Of a stretch of DNA of 64,000 nt, positions 26,779 to 38,797 are shown piece by piece. Within the stretch, counting starts at the first letter, position 1. Each line of letters starts with the position of its first letter. A program made the translations under genes and the position numbers. The notes under the pieces are model-generated. The model searched no databases and had not been told where the DNA came from. It was given only the letters and a program-made list of their open reading frames with translations. The stretch comes from a bacterium. Its GTDB lineage: Bacteria; Patescibacteriota; Minisyncoccia; UBA6257; WO2-44-18. Where the stretch lies: assembly GCA_030646995.1 (NCBI GenBank), contig JAUSKF010000001.1, forward strand, positions 5,700 through 69,699, given 5' to 3'.

Positions 26779-27318
26779 CTAGTCCAACAAACCAAACTCT
26801 TGGAAAGACTTCTTATAGACACGCAAAACCTTAATTGCTTCTTCTTTCGATAATGCAAAATCCGGTTCTTGCACGCAACGATTGCGAATTTTATGAGCGG
26901 CTTGAATATCTTCAAAGTTAGCCACGAATTCCGGAGGAATCTGTTTATACCTTTCTTCTGTAGTGATTGCGCGATAACCCGCGGCACGAATCATATCATC
27001 AAATATCCGATCGGCTTCCATAATTCCCAACTTCCAATCGGTAGAATTAGGGCTAGCCATCTTCTTCACGATTTGCTTCCAAGCCTTCAACCGCCGCAAC
27101 TTCCCCACGTCACCATAACCTAAGTAATCCATCCACTCCTCGATCCTTTTATTTAAATAATTACTTTGAGTAGCGGTAAAAATTATCCCCCAAAGTAATA
27201 CTCCGGAAATCACCAACGACATAAGTTCAAAAATATACAAATTCGGGCCGATTATATCACCCATAATCGAACGAAAATAAAGCACCCCATCCGCGAACTG
27301 TTGTAAATATTGCTCCAT
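26779..27318 (-). CDS. Hypothetical membrane protein (start trimmed to an internal Met to avoid overlap with gatA)
   Basis: About 180 aa ORF with one TM helix; the track ORF extends 5' into gatA. Confidence 0.4.
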   Translation of the reverse strand: MEQYLQQFADGVLYFRSIMGDIIGPNLYIFELMSLVISGVLLWGIIFTATQSNYLNKRIEEWMDYLGYGDVGKLRRLKAWKQIVKKMASPNSTDWKLGIMEADRIFDDMIRAAGYRAITTEERYKQIPPEFVANFEDIQAAHKIRNRCVQEPDFALSKEEAIKVLRVYKKSFQEFGLLD

Positions 27319-27323
27319 TGATT

Positions 27324-28802
27324 TTAACCGGAAAGTTTTTCGTAAAACTGCCCTATACCCAAAATATCCGCTTCTCGCCAATGCTTACCGATTAATTGAA
27401 AACCTATTGGCAAGCCTGCCTGTCCTTCGGCGTGGCCTAACTTAATCTTAGCAGGAATGGACACCGCCGGCAGTCCGGCCATATTCACAGGGATGGTAAA
27501 GATGTCGGACAGATACATCGCCAGCGGGTCGCTCATTTTCTCGCCGAACTTAAAAGCGGGCGTTGGCGCAACGGGAGTAAAGATTACATCCACCTCTTGG
27601 AATGCCTTATCAAAATCATCTTTAATCAACTGGCGCACTTTTTGCGCCTTGGCGTAGTAGGCATCGTAATATCCCGATGACAGAACGTAGGTTCCTAAAA
27701 TAATTCTCCGCTTAGCCTCCGCGCCAAAACCGTGGCTGCGGTTTTTCTTGTAAAGCTCGGCTAAATCATGATCCCCGCGAGAGACTCCATTAACCGGAGA
27801 ATAACGAACTCCATCAAGGCGCGCCAAATTGGAGCTGACCTCCGCTGGCATGATGATGTAGTAGCAGGAGAGCGCGTATTGCGTGTGCGGTAAAGAAATT
27901 TCTTTGAATTCCAAACCTAGACTTTTCAGTGACTCCATAACCTCCTCCATCGCCTTCACTACCACCGGATCCAAGCCAGGACCAAAATATTCTTTCGGGA
28001 TTCCAATCTTTAATTTTTTAATATCTTCCAGTTTCGGATTCCAGAGCTCTTCGCCATATTTTCCGCCGGCTGGCGGAACAGCGCTCGTAGAATCAAATTT
28101 ATCCTGACCGGAAATAGTCTTGAATAGAATCGCCGCATCCTCTACGGTTTTAGTGATAGGACCAATCTGATCCAAGCTGGACGCCATCGCAATCACGCCA
28201 TGCCGAGAAACCGCTCCATAAGTAGGCTTTAAGCCAACAACACCGCAAAAGCTAGCCGGCTGACGGATAGAGCCGCCGGTATCCGAGCCCAACGCCGCTA
28301 CCGCCATATGCCCGGCGACTGCCGCAGCCGAACCACCAGAAGAACCGCCTGGCACCCGATCCAAATCGTGCGGATTCCGCGTTTTTTGAAAAGCAGAATT
28401 TTCCGTGGAAGAACCCATCGCGAATTCATCCATATTAGTTTTTCCTAAAAATACGGCCCCTTCAGATTTTAATTTACTGATAACCGTCGCATCATAAGCG
28501 GCTTTATAATTTTCCAACATCTTGGAGGCCGCCGTCGCCGGCAAACCAGTAATAAGTAAATTATCTTTTATCGCCATCGGCACACCCGCAAGCCAAGAAA
28601 CCGACTCATTCTTCGCAACTTTCAAATCAACTAACTCCGCCTGTTTATAAGCCTCGTCTTTATGAATACTCAAGTAAGCGCCTACTTCCTTGTCTCTGGT
28701 TTCAATATATTCAAAAAAAGTTTTAGTAACGTCAAAAGCCGAGAATTCTTTTTTCTCAAGTCCTTCATGAAACTTTTTAATTGTTAGATCGTGTAAATGC
28801 AT
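27324..28802 (-). CDS. gatA: Glutamyl-tRNA(Gln)/Aspartyl-tRNA(Asn) amidotransferase subunit A
   Basis: Amidase signature GGSSGGSAAAVA with the Ser-cisSer-Lys triad context; 492 aa. Confidence 0.9.
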   Translation of the reverse strand: MHLHDLTIKKFHEGLEKKEFSAFDVTKTFFEYIETRDKEVGAYLSIHKDEAYKQAELVDLKVAKNESVSWLAGVPMAIKDNLLITGLPATAASKMLENYKAAYDATVISKLKSEGAVFLGKTNMDEFAMGSSTENSAFQKTRNPHDLDRVPGGSSGGSAAAVAGHMAVAALGSDTGGSIRQPASFCGVVGLKPTYGAVSRHGVIAMASSLDQIGPITKTVEDAAILFKTISGQDKFDSTSAVPPAGGKYGEELWNPKLEDIKKLKIGIPKEYFGPGLDPVVVKAMEEVMESLKSLGLEFKEISLPHTQYALSCYYIIMPAEVSSNLARLDGVRYSPVNGVSRGDHDLAELYKKNRSHGFGAEAKRRIILGTYVLSSGYYDAYYAKAQKVRQLIKDDFDKAFQEVDVIFTPVAPTPAFKFGEKMSDPLAMYLSDIFTIPVNMAGLPAVSIPAKIKLGHAEGQAGLPIGFQLIGKHWREADILGIGQFYEKLSG

Positions 28803-28826
28803 GGAGTAATCGCGAATAATGCTGAT

Positions 28827-29156
28827 TTAAGATTTAATATTGCGAATAATATTGGCATCGGGTGATTCGAAAACAGCCGGGACTTTTAAATAACCCCTTT
28901 CTTTATCCGGAAAAGCATCCACTACCGGAGCGGCGGCTAGACTGGACTTTCGCTCGCCGTCTTCCCGAAAAACATTCGTCAGGCTCGTGCCGCCGGTCAT
29001 CGGCAGAATATTTGAAGTGTCCAAGGCTTCCAGCTCTTTAAAATGGCCCAGGATACTCTCCAGGTCTTTCAGAAATTTTTCCTCTTCCTTTTCGGAAAGC
29101 TCTAGACGAGATAAATCGGCTAAGTGCTCCAAAGAATGTTTAGTAATATCGCTCAT
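28827..29156 (-). CDS. gatC: Amidotransferase subunit C
   Basis: 109 aa; GatC-like N-terminus HLADLSRLELSEKEEEKF; directly upstream of gatA. Confidence 0.8.
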   Translation of the reverse strand: MSDITKHSLEHLADLSRLELSEKEEEKFLKDLESILGHFKELEALDTSNILPMTGGTSLTNVFREDGERKSSLAAAPVVDAFPDKERGYLKVPAVFESPDANIIRNIKS

Positions 29157-29220
29157 AAGTATTTTGTATATAGTATCAAGTATAAAGTATGGCGAATGAA
29201 CAAAAAAGCCCCTTTAAGGG

Positions 29221-29415
29221 CTAGAACTGAATCATCTTCCACAAGGCGAGTCCCATAAAAAATATCCCAGAAACTGCCATTATCAGTCCAATGGCAATGT
29301 AGACTATACGAGCGTCTTTACGCTTCTCTTCCAAATATGCGTCCCAAACCCCATAACAACCGGTCAACGTCAATATGAATCCTAATCCAAAGCAACAAAT
29401 CAGCTGCCAACTCAT
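29221..29415 (-). CDS. Small membrane protein (hypothetical)
   Basis: 64 aa, two hydrophobic helices. Confidence 0.3.
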   Translation of the reverse strand: MSWQLICCFGLGFILTLTGCYGVWDAYLEEKRKDARIVYIAIGLIMAVSGIFFMGLALWKMIQF

Positions 29416-29461
29416 ATCATGCCTCCGCTTTTAGAACTAGGAAGAGAATACAATAAAAATC

Positions 29462-31546
<2,085 letters not shown>

Positions 31547-32296
31547 TTACAGGTATAGGCGAATTATCACGTCTCCGAAAATAATCGTCAGCAAGGAAGC
31601 TAGCGCTAAAAATGGGCCGAACGGAATAGCATCTTTTAGTTTCTTTATTCTCAAGAGCAAAATAACCGCTCCGGCAACTCCACCCGCTACAAATGCCAGC
31701 GCCAATAAAATCAAGATTTTCGGCCAACCAAACAACAAACCCAAGGCTGCAACAAACTTCCAATCACCTATACCCATTCCCCTTCCTCTGCTCCCCAATA
31801 CCAACAATCCGATAATCAGGAATCCCACCACCGCTCCAAGCAAATGATTTATTAAAATAGGCCCCGAAAAGTCTTTAATAAATAACCCGATTGCCAGCAG
31901 CGCCAGCAAAACATTCAGTTGATCGGGAATTACCAAAAGGCGTAGATCGACCAGGGTGATTAGTAATAAGGTAAGCAAAATCGCGATCCAAATTGGCGCG
32001 TTTGGAAGATATAGCGGCGTCAGGGCGAAAATTAAACCTCCGGCAATCTCCACAATCGGATACTGCCAACCCAAAGCCTTGCCACACCGCCGACAACGTC
32101 CTAATTGAAACAAAAAACTCAAAAGCGGAATTAATTCATACCAACGGAGAATTTTCTTACAATAAGGACATCGGGAGCGGCCGGTTAAAATATCTTGCCG
32201 GAATATTTTTCCGCCGTCCTCATACCGCAAAGCCAAAACATTCAAAAAACTGCCTATGGCAGTACCTCCCAAAAATAAAATAACTGAAGCCAACAT
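31547..32296 (-). CDS. Prepilin peptidase (A24 family, PilD-like)
   Basis: N-terminal CPYC...CRRC zinc-binding region, followed by the polytopic peptidase domain that carries the conserved catalytic Asp residues. Confidence 0.75.
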   Translation of the reverse strand: MLASVILFLGGTAIGSFLNVLALRYEDGGKIFRQDILTGRSRCPYCKKILRWYELIPLLSFLFQLGRCRRCGKALGWQYPIVEIAGGLIFALTPLYLPNAPIWIAILLTLLLITLVDLRLLVIPDQLNVLLALLAIGLFIKDFSGPILINHLLGAVVGFLIIGLLVLGSRGRGMGIGDWKFVAALGLLFGWPKILILLALAFVAGGVAGAVILLLRIKKLKDAIPFGPFLALASLLTIIFGDVIIRLYL

Positions 32297-33366
32297 TAAA
32301 TCTTATCAACCAACAATTTCAACTCTCCGGGATTGAGCGAGTTTAATTCCGCGCTTTCCAAGGTGATTTTTTTCGCCTTCACAAGTTGCGCGAGCGAACG
32401 ATTCAAGGTGACCATTCCACTCTTGAGATTAGTTTCAATCACCAAATCGATCTGATGAGTTTTCTTCTCACGGATTAGATTACGGACTGCGGAATTTACC
32501 AACATCACCTCACAAGCGGGCACGCGTCCGCCGCCAATCTTCGGAATTAATCGCTTGGAAACTACGGCTACCAAGGTTGCCGCCAATTGTGATGCCGCCT
32601 GCGATTGCTTCTCCGGAGGGAAGGTGTCAATAATACGGTCAATCGTTTGCGCGGCGGAGTTGGTGTGCAAAGTAGAAAGCACTAAATGGCCCGTTTCTGC
32701 CGCAGTCATAGCAGTAGAGATAGATTCTACATCACGCATTTCGCCAATCATCACTACGTCTGGATCTTGCCGCAAAACCGATTTTAGAGCGCGGTGAAAC
32801 CCAACGGTATCGGTATTCACCTCACGCTGAGAGATAACTGCTTTATCGGGATCAAATAAATATTCAATAGGGTCTTCAATGGTAACGATGTGCTCCGCCC
32901 GAGTGCGATTTATTTCATCCAAAATGGCGGCTAGAGTAGTTGATTTCCCGTGACCGGCCGGACCGACGATCAGCACGAAGCCTTGAGTCAATTTAGCAAA
33001 ATCATGCAAGATGGGCGGCAATTCCAAGGCATCAATGCTGTCCACTTTCGCCGGAATTAAACGAGCGGCCATGGAAACATGCCCTTTTTGGAAATAAGTA
33101 TTGATACGGAAACGCACCCCAGCCTCATGGCTATAGCTAAAATCCAGCTCCTTTTGCCCATAAAATTTTTCTTTTTGTTCTTCGCTGAATAAAGCCTCCG
33201 CAATCCCGCTGGCGGTTTCCGCGTTAACTTCCGCCTCGTCTTTTATGGCGGCAAGCTCTCCGTCCACGCGCACATGGGGCTTGATTCCGACGTTAATATG
33301 CAAATCGGATGCCCCCGCGTTAACTGTGTCCGTTAAAAGCTTGTGAAGATATTTTTTGTAGTCCAT
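32296..33366 (-). CDS. pilT: Type IV pilus retraction ATPase PilT-like (start set at the internal Met)
   Basis: N-terminal ASDLHINVG, Walker A GPAGHGKSTT, Asp box, Walker B and His box of PilT/GspE secretion ATPases; about 356 aa. Confidence 0.75.
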   Translation of the reverse strand: MDYKKYLHKLLTDTVNAGASDLHINVGIKPHVRVDGELAAIKDEAEVNAETASGIAEALFSEEQKEKFYGQKELDFSYSHEAGVRFRINTYFQKGHVSMAARLIPAKVDSIDALELPPILHDFAKLTQGFVLIVGPAGHGKSTTLAAILDEINRTRAEHIVTIEDPIEYLFDPDKAVISQREVNTDTVGFHRALKSVLRQDPDVVMIGEMRDVESISTAMTAAETGHLVLSTLHTNSAAQTIDRIIDTFPPEKQSQAASQLAATLVAVVSKRLIPKIGGGRVPACEVMLVNSAVRNLIREKKTHQIDLVIETNLKSGMVTLNRSLAQLVKAKKITLESAELNSLNPGELKLLVDKI

Positions 33367-34060
33367 TGGCAATATTGAAAACGGAATTTGAAAAAAGCGC
33401 TTGCTCAATCTTCTGTTTTTCAGCAATCTCCCGCGTTTTATTCATTATAACATCCCACACATAACTCTTTATGTATGGGACGCCGTCTAAAGCCTGCGAA
33501 GCGCCGCCAAAATCACTGTGGAAAACATATTCTACTGAACCATTGCGAACGACAGAGAAAGTGGTGGACCGGCTTCCAATATCAACCACCAACTTACGCC
33601 CTAAGTCATTTTGAAAACGATGCGCAATTGCCGAACTTTCCAATTCCAACCGGACTAAACGCAGGGCGCACAAATCGGCGATAGCTTCATATTTTTCCGA
33701 AACCTCTTTAGGAATCGCCACAATAAAGTAACGCCCGTCATCCAACTGCGTAGCTTCCAGCCTATAAGTTGCGGGATTAGCGGGTATAAATTTCGGGTCA
33801 ACCACATCGGCAATGACGGTAAAAACATAAAAGGAAGGCAGGGACATTACCGCCGATTGCGTGCTTACGCCCATGCAAGACAAAAGATTGGTTAGCGCTC
33901 CGGCTGCATCTTCGGCATCAATTGGCCGAATGCTGGAGTGAAATGACTTAGAGGGACGCTCCAATATTCCCCAACTCAACACTTTTCCAAAGGCATTTTT
34001 TTCCAGCACCTTGATTGAACTGGTGCCGATGTCTATGCAAAGATATGACTCATCCAACAT
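33320..34060 (-). CDS. PilM-like actin-fold protein (type IV pilus assembly)
   Basis: N-terminal LCIDIGTSSIKVL phosphate-1 motif of the actin/HSP70 fold; 246 aa. The C-terminal tail overlaps the pilT upstream region, so the 3' boundary is uncertain. Confidence 0.45.
   Translation of the reverse strand: MLDESYLCIDIGTSSIKVLEKNAFGKVLSWGILERPSKSFHSSIRPIDAEDAAGALTNLLSCMGVSTQSAVMSLPSFYVFTVIADVVDPKFIPANPATYRLEATQLDDGRYFIVAIPKEVSEKYEAIADLCALRLVRLELESSAIAHRFQNDLGRKLVVDIGSRSTTFSVVRNGSVEYVFHSDFGGASQALDGVPYIKSYVWDVIMNKTREIAEKQKIEQALFSNSVFNIANGLQKISSQAFNGHS
33452..33484. promoter_or_regulatory. Palindromic motif B (ATCCCACACATAA-N4-TTATGTATGGGAC), 86-118 nt upstream of pilT
   Basis: 11 bp inverted arms; same motif at 51507-51539 and 53719-53751. 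Confidence 0.45.
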
Positions 34061-34733
34061 GGTGACATCTTATATTAACTGGCTCGCGAAAATCAAAGAT
34101 ATTTTACTGGATAGTATTTTTCCCAATCCGGTAATTTCCAACCGGCTTCCTATATACAAGACTTTATTCTGCGCAATCTGCCGCGCCCGCCTTCCGAACA
34201 ATAAAAAAATCTGCCACAAGGGAGCTCAATACTTATTGGGCGCCGCGACTAACTATGACCAGCAAGCAGTCCGCCAGACTATTTGGCGCCTTAAGTACCG
34301 AAACCGCACCGGCTTAGCCAAGCCCTTGGCCGACATTTTAATAAAATATGCCGCTAAGCTGGATTTGGATTGGGGAAGGTTCATCGTTATTCCGGTCCCG
34401 CTCTCCCAAGCCCGCCTGCGCAATCGCGGGTACAATCAGTCAGAATTGATTGCCAGAATTTTTTCGGAAAGTTTTCAAATAGAACTGAATAAAACAGCGC
34501 TGGTCCGAACAAAAAACACACCACCACAAATGGAAATACGGGACTGGGAAGCCAGAAAGAAAAATATCATCGGGGCGTTCGGAGTGGCGAAACCGGAATT
34601 AATCAAAGGAAAAAATATAATTCTGATAGACGACGTCTTCACCTCCGGCGCCACTATGAATGAGGCCGCTCATCAACTTAAGGATTCCGGCGCAAAGCAG
34701 ATTATCGGGTTAGTCGTTGCCAAGGCCGGATAG
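34059..34733 (+). CDS. comF: ComF-family competence protein (phosphoribosyltransferase domain)
   Basis: N-terminal Cys pairs (CAICRARLP...C), C-terminal PRTase motif IILIDDVFTSGATM. Confidence 0.7.
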   Translation: MVTSYINWLAKIKDILLDSIFPNPVISNRLPIYKTLFCAICRARLPNNKKICHKGAQYLLGAATNYDQQAVRQTIWRLKYRNRTGLAKPLADILIKYAAKLDLDWGRFIVIPVPLSQARLRNRGYNQSELIARIFSESFQIELNKTALVRTKNTPPQMEIRDWEARKKNIIGAFGVAKPELIKGKNIILIDDVFTSGATMNEAAHQLKDSGAKQIIGLVVAKAG

Positions 34734-34745
34734 GGACTCGGGCGT

Positions 34746-34863
34746 ATTACCTCTCGGAAACGGCATAGCCAAACTCCTGCGGTTTGACTTGCCTCTCCCT
34801 CGCTTCGCCACTATTAAGGCCAAGCTGGCGAAGCTCCGGCATGTTCCTCGAAGCAATACGCCC
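34746..34863. repeat. Imperfect inverted-repeat hairpin element
   Basis: GGGCGTATTACCTCTCGGAAACGGCAT pairs with GGCATGTTCCTCGAAGCAATACGCCC; nested CGCTTCGCCA/TGGCGAAGC. Confidence 0.3.
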
Positions 34864-34902
34864 TCGTTGTTGCTATAAAATCAGTAAAAATAAAAGCCGC
34901 GC

Positions 34903-35253
34903 TTAGCGCGGCTTAGGCTTGTCATCCGGATTATCTTTGAAAAGTCCGAATTGGTCATCAGGGTCAATCTCATCATCCGACTCCTCCTCTTTCTTTCTGT
35001 GCGATTCCCCTTGGTTGGGCTCTCCAATATCATCAGGCTCGCCACCTTTGTGAGAAAGCGTCATCCTTAAGTCCAGCGGAATGGGATTGATTAAATACAC
35101 AGGGAACGGAGCCATTATGAATGGCAGAGAGAAAAGTAGCGTTCCGATTCCGGCAACTGACACCAAAATTCCCAGCAAATGATCTCCGGAAATTAAACCA
35201 AGCGCCAAGCCGCCAAGTATTCCGGCAAATCCGGTAAAGAACAGGAATTTCAT
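34903..35253 (-). CDS. Hypothetical membrane protein with an acidic C-terminal tail
   Basis: 116 aa, two or three TM helices; terminator GCCGCGCTAAGCGCGGC downstream. Confidence 0.35.
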   Translation of the reverse strand: MKFLFFTGFAGILGGLALGLISGDHLLGILVSVAGIGTLLFSLPFIMAPFPVYLINPIPLDLRMTLSHKGGEPDDIGEPNQGESHRKKEEESDDEIDPDDQFGLFKDNPDDKPKPR

Positions 35254-35289
35254 CAGTTCGCCCTCTCAAACTTCTAACAACACTTTAAC

Positions 35290-37923
35290 TCAATCCCCAT
35301 TCAACTTCCAGCGACGGGAGATTAGCTTTCCGATTTCGATTGCGAAAATATTTAATATGCCCACACCCACCACTCCCGCCAGCCAGATCGGCGGAAGAGC
35401 TACCGTGCCCATAATTCCCTGTAATGGCGCCCAATAAATAGCGGCGAGTACTAAAGTGAAACCGACGGCAACTCCCAGGATCAACAATGGATTAGATAGC
35501 GGGTTATAAGAAAAAATTGGCCCGCGCAAACTACGGACGGAAAAGATCACAAACAAAGAGGAGGTGGTGAAAGAGGCGAAAAGCGCCGTCTTCACAATTT
35601 CCAAATCGAAACCATGAGTGGCCAGATAGTAATAAAAAATAAAGAACAATGCGCTAGTGGGCACGCCAATAAGCAAAGTCAGCAGGGCCATTTCTTTATC
35701 AAACAAATTAATAGATGTTTTACGCCGCTTCGTCATTACCTGATCAATCCGATCCTCAAAAGCCAATGCTAATGCCGGGAAAGTATCGGCGATGAAATTC
35801 ACGAAAAGAATCTGAATAGCGGTCAGGGGTAAAGACAAACCGAACAATAATGCGCCTCCGATTAAGATCAACTCACCGAACAAAGCAGTCGAAAGATAAA
35901 CGATTACTTTCCGGATATTCTCCAGAATTCTCCTACCCTCCTCGATAGCTGACACAATTGTGGAAAAGTTATCATCAAGCAACACCAAATCGGAAACATC
36001 CTTTGCTACATCCGTGCCGGAACCCATCGCCACCCCAATATCGGCTTCTTTCAATGAGGCGGCGTCGTTAATACCGTCCCCCGTCATCGCCACCACTTCA
36101 CCTGCTTCCTTAAAAGCCTTTACGACGCGTAGCTTACCCTCCGGACTGACCCGAGCCACGATCTTCAAAATTGCCAGCTTATTTTTCAACTCCACATCCG
36201 ACATCGCATCCAACTCCGCGCCGTCGATTACCTCATCTTCATCAACGTGAAAGCCCAGCTCTTCAGCAATCGCCTCCGCCGTACCGCGGTGATCTCCGGT
36301 AATAATAACGGTGCGCACGCCCGCCTGCCGGACTTTCTGAATCGCCTCCTTCGCTCCCAATCTCAACGGATCTCGGAAAGAAACCGTTCCCAGAAAATGC
36401 AGACCCTGCATATTGGATTTTTCCCGCAAAGAATATTCCTTCTGACCTTTTATTTCCTTGATTGCCAACCCAAGGACCCGCTCTCCGCTATACGCCATCT
36501 GGTCTACCTCCTTAATCATCCTTTTCTTTTCTTCTTCCGGCAGATCTGAATTGCGGATTAATATCTCCGGCGCGCCGAAAACATTCAACCGAAAAGGGAA
36601 TTCATCGCCGTCTTTCATTAAAGAAGCGGAGTATTTATTTTTGGAAGTGAATGGCAAATAATCCAGCAATTCAACTTTCTTTTTTACATCATGCAGCAAA
36701 ATTCCCACTCGCGCGGCCGCCTTCACTAATGCCGCCTCCAAGGGGCGGCCGATTATTCGCCATTTGGAGTAATGCTCGCGGAAATTTTCCACCACTACAT
36801 CTGTATTTAAAAGGGCCAGACGCAGAATCTCGTCTTCATTGTAGCTCTTAGAAAAAACCACAATCTTAGCCAACTCCATTTTGGCTTGCGTTAACGTGCC
36901 GGTTTTATCGGTCAAAATAATTGAAGTATTGCCCAGAGTTTCCGCGGCAAGCAGTTTACGAACTACCCCGTTCTTTTTTGCTAATCTCTGCACGCCAATC
37001 GCCAAGATAACCGTCAGCGCTACCGGTAAACCTTCCGGCACAGCCGCAACCGCAATAGCAACCGAGATTAAAAACATTTCCAAAATCGGCCGGCCGGAAT
37101 ATAGCCCAATAAAGAAAACAATCAACGTCAGCGACATCAATACCGCACTAGTCTTCATACTAAAGCGGAAAATTGCCCGTTGAAGCGGTGTGGTTTCTTT
37201 TTCTGAAGCGGCCACCAAGCCGGCAATGCGGCCAAGCTCCGTATCATGACCGGTAGCGCAGACTACGGCATTGGCAAAGCCCTGCACCACCAGGGTGCCG
37301 CTGAAAACCATTGATTTTCGGTCGGCCAAGACGGCCTTAAAGCTTAAGGGCTCGGTGGTTTTATTCACCGGCAAAGATTCTCCGGTTAAAATCGCTTCAT
37401 CTACTACGAAATCATTCAGATAAACCAGCCGGCAATCAGCGGGTACTCGATCGCCTTGAGTAAGATGAATAATGTCTCCCGGCACCAGACCAATCGCATC
37501 AATTTCTAACTCTTGACCATCCCGAAAAGCCCGGGTACGTTCTATTATATAAGTTTTCAAATGTGATAAAGCCGCTTCCGCCTTATTCTCCTGATAAAAT
37601 CCTAAAATAATATTGGCCGCCACTGCCGCAAGAATTACGCCGGCGTCTTTCCAGTCTTTTAAAAACAACGTCACACCGCTAGCGGTCATCAACAAAATCA
37701 ACATCGGGCTCTTGAATTGCGAAAAGAATATCTTCAGGGCTGAAAGTCGCAGCTTCCTCGGCAGCTCATTGACACCGAATAAATTCCGGCGCTCTTTTAC
37801 TTCGGCCTCTGACAAACCGCTGCGAGTAGTCTCTAAAATATCCAAAGCCTCCCCAATAGGCAGGGCCCAAAATGATCTCTGCAATATGTCCCGCATTACT
37901 GGCATACTTAATGATTTTATCAT
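35290..37923 (-). CDS. P-type cation-transporting ATPase (P2-type, Ca2+/Mg2+-like)
   Basis: DKTGTLT phosphorylation motif, TGDGINDA hinge motif, 10 TM helices; 877 aa. Confidence 0.85.
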   Translation of the reverse strand: MIKSLSMPVMRDILQRSFWALPIGEALDILETTRSGLSEAEVKERRNLFGVNELPRKLRLSALKIFFSQFKSPMLILLMTASGVTLFLKDWKDAGVILAAVAANIILGFYQENKAEAALSHLKTYIIERTRAFRDGQELEIDAIGLVPGDIIHLTQGDRVPADCRLVYLNDFVVDEAILTGESLPVNKTTEPLSFKAVLADRKSMVFSGTLVVQGFANAVVCATGHDTELGRIAGLVAASEKETTPLQRAIFRFSMKTSAVLMSLTLIVFFIGLYSGRPILEMFLISVAIAVAAVPEGLPVALTVILAIGVQRLAKKNGVVRKLLAAETLGNTSIILTDKTGTLTQAKMELAKIVVFSKSYNEDEILRLALLNTDVVVENFREHYSKWRIIGRPLEAALVKAAARVGILLHDVKKKVELLDYLPFTSKNKYSASLMKDGDEFPFRLNVFGAPEILIRNSDLPEEEKKRMIKEVDQMAYSGERVLGLAIKEIKGQKEYSLREKSNMQGLHFLGTVSFRDPLRLGAKEAIQKVRQAGVRTVIITGDHRGTAEAIAEELGFHVDEDEVIDGAELDAMSDVELKNKLAILKIVARVSPEGKLRVVKAFKEAGEVVAMTGDGINDAASLKEADIGVAMGSGTDVAKDVSDLVLLDDNFSTIVSAIEEGRRILENIRKVIVYLSTALFGELILIGGALLFGLSLPLTAIQILFVNFIADTFPALALAFEDRIDQVMTKRRKTSINLFDKEMALLTLLIGVPTSALFFIFYYYLATHGFDLEIVKTALFASFTTSSLFVIFSVRSLRGPIFSYNPLSNPLLILGVAVGFTLVLAAIYWAPLQGIMGTVALPPIWLAGVVGVGILNIFAIEIGKLISRRWKLNGD

Positions 37924-37957
37924 AGAATGACGCCAGTTCTTATTAAGGGGAAATTGG

Positions 37958-38383
37958 ATGGTCGAAGTTCCCGAAAACGTACAGAAATTCTACTACCCGT
38001 GGGAACAATTTGACGCGGACGTGGAAAAGATCGCGCGAGCAGTCGAAGCGAGCGGAAGAAATTTCAAATATGTATATGGGATTCCGCGTGGCGGCTGGCC
38101 GCTGGCTGTCTGCCTGTCGCACAGAATGGAAATTCCCATCAGAGCCGAAGATCCATTCGATCCGATCATCAATTGGGGCTCTCGCAAACAAGAGCATCTC
38201 GAAACAACTTTCATCGTCGACGATATTGCCGATACCGGCAAACAGCTCAAGCCTCTCAAAGACAGAGGATACTTTATAGCCACACTTTTTTATCACCGCC
38301 AGAGTACGTTCATTCCGGACATCTGGATCCACGAAAAGAAAAAGGAGTGGATCGTCTATCCTTGGGAAAAGGAACCGCGATGA
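37958..38383 (+). CDS. Phosphoribosyltransferase, xanthine-guanine PRT (Gpt)-like
   Basis: PRPP-binding motif TFIVDDIADTG; 141 aa; the C-terminal WIVYPWE resembles the Gpt WIEQPW motif. Confidence 0.6.
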   Translation: MVEVPENVQKFYYPWEQFDADVEKIARAVEASGRNFKYVYGIPRGGWPLAVCLSHRMEIPIRAEDPFDPIINWGSRKQEHLETTFIVDDIADTGKQLKPLKDRGYFIATLFYHRQSTFIPDIWIHEKKKEWIVYPWEKEPR

Positions 38384-38574
38384 GTCAAGACCAGAATCCG
38401 AGTATTGAACGCCACTGCACGAAAGAGAATCCTTGGGACCACGCCCCATTCGATCCCACCAAGGAAACCATCATTCATAACGACGCCGAAGAGACCTGCC
38501 CTGAATACGACGGAAATCTGGTTCCCTATAGATGCCCGCATTGCGGACATGAATTCACGGTAGATATGAGCTAG
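38380..38574 (+). CDS. Small zinc-ribbon protein (hypothetical)
   Basis: 64 aa starting at an ATG overlapping the gpt stop (ATGA); CPEYDGNLVPYRCPHCGHEF Cys pairs. Confidence 0.4.
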   Translation: MSQDQNPSIERHCTKENPWDHAPFDPTKETIIHNDAEETCPEYDGNLVPYRCPHCGHEFTVDMS

Positions 38575-38575
38575 T

Positions 38576-38626
38576 CCCCTATTTCCACATATTCTCCGCA
38601 GCGATGCGGGGATTTTTTATTTGAAA
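38576..38626 (+). terminator. Repeated terminator module (CCCCTATTTCCACAT + CTCCGCAGCGATGCGGGG hairpin + T-run)
   Basis: Near-identical 50 nt copy at 54033-54084, immediately after another plus-strand gene. Confidence 0.55.
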
Positions 38627-38663
38627 TAATCACTAAAAAAACTTATAATGTCTTTAGTCAAAT

Positions 38664-38753
38664 GGAAGCGTGGCAGAGTGGTCTAACGCGCCGCACTTGA
38701 AATGCGGTAAGCCCGCAAGGGCTTCGAAGGTTCGAATCCTTCCGCTTCCGCCA
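38664..38753 (+). tRNA. tRNA-Ser (anticodon UGA), CCA encoded
   Basis: Type II tRNA: acceptor GGAAGCG/CGCUUCC, anticodon stem CCGCA/UGCGG with loop CUUGAAA, long variable arm, T-loop UUCGAAU. Confidence 0.8.
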
Positions 38754-38797
38754 AAATTGAGAACATCCCAACCGGGGTGTTTTTAATTTTGCTGAAG

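Noticed and set aside
37943-38449. 168 aa minus-strand ORF
   Set aside because: Antisense to the Gpt-like PRTase gene, which has a clear PRPP-binding motif.
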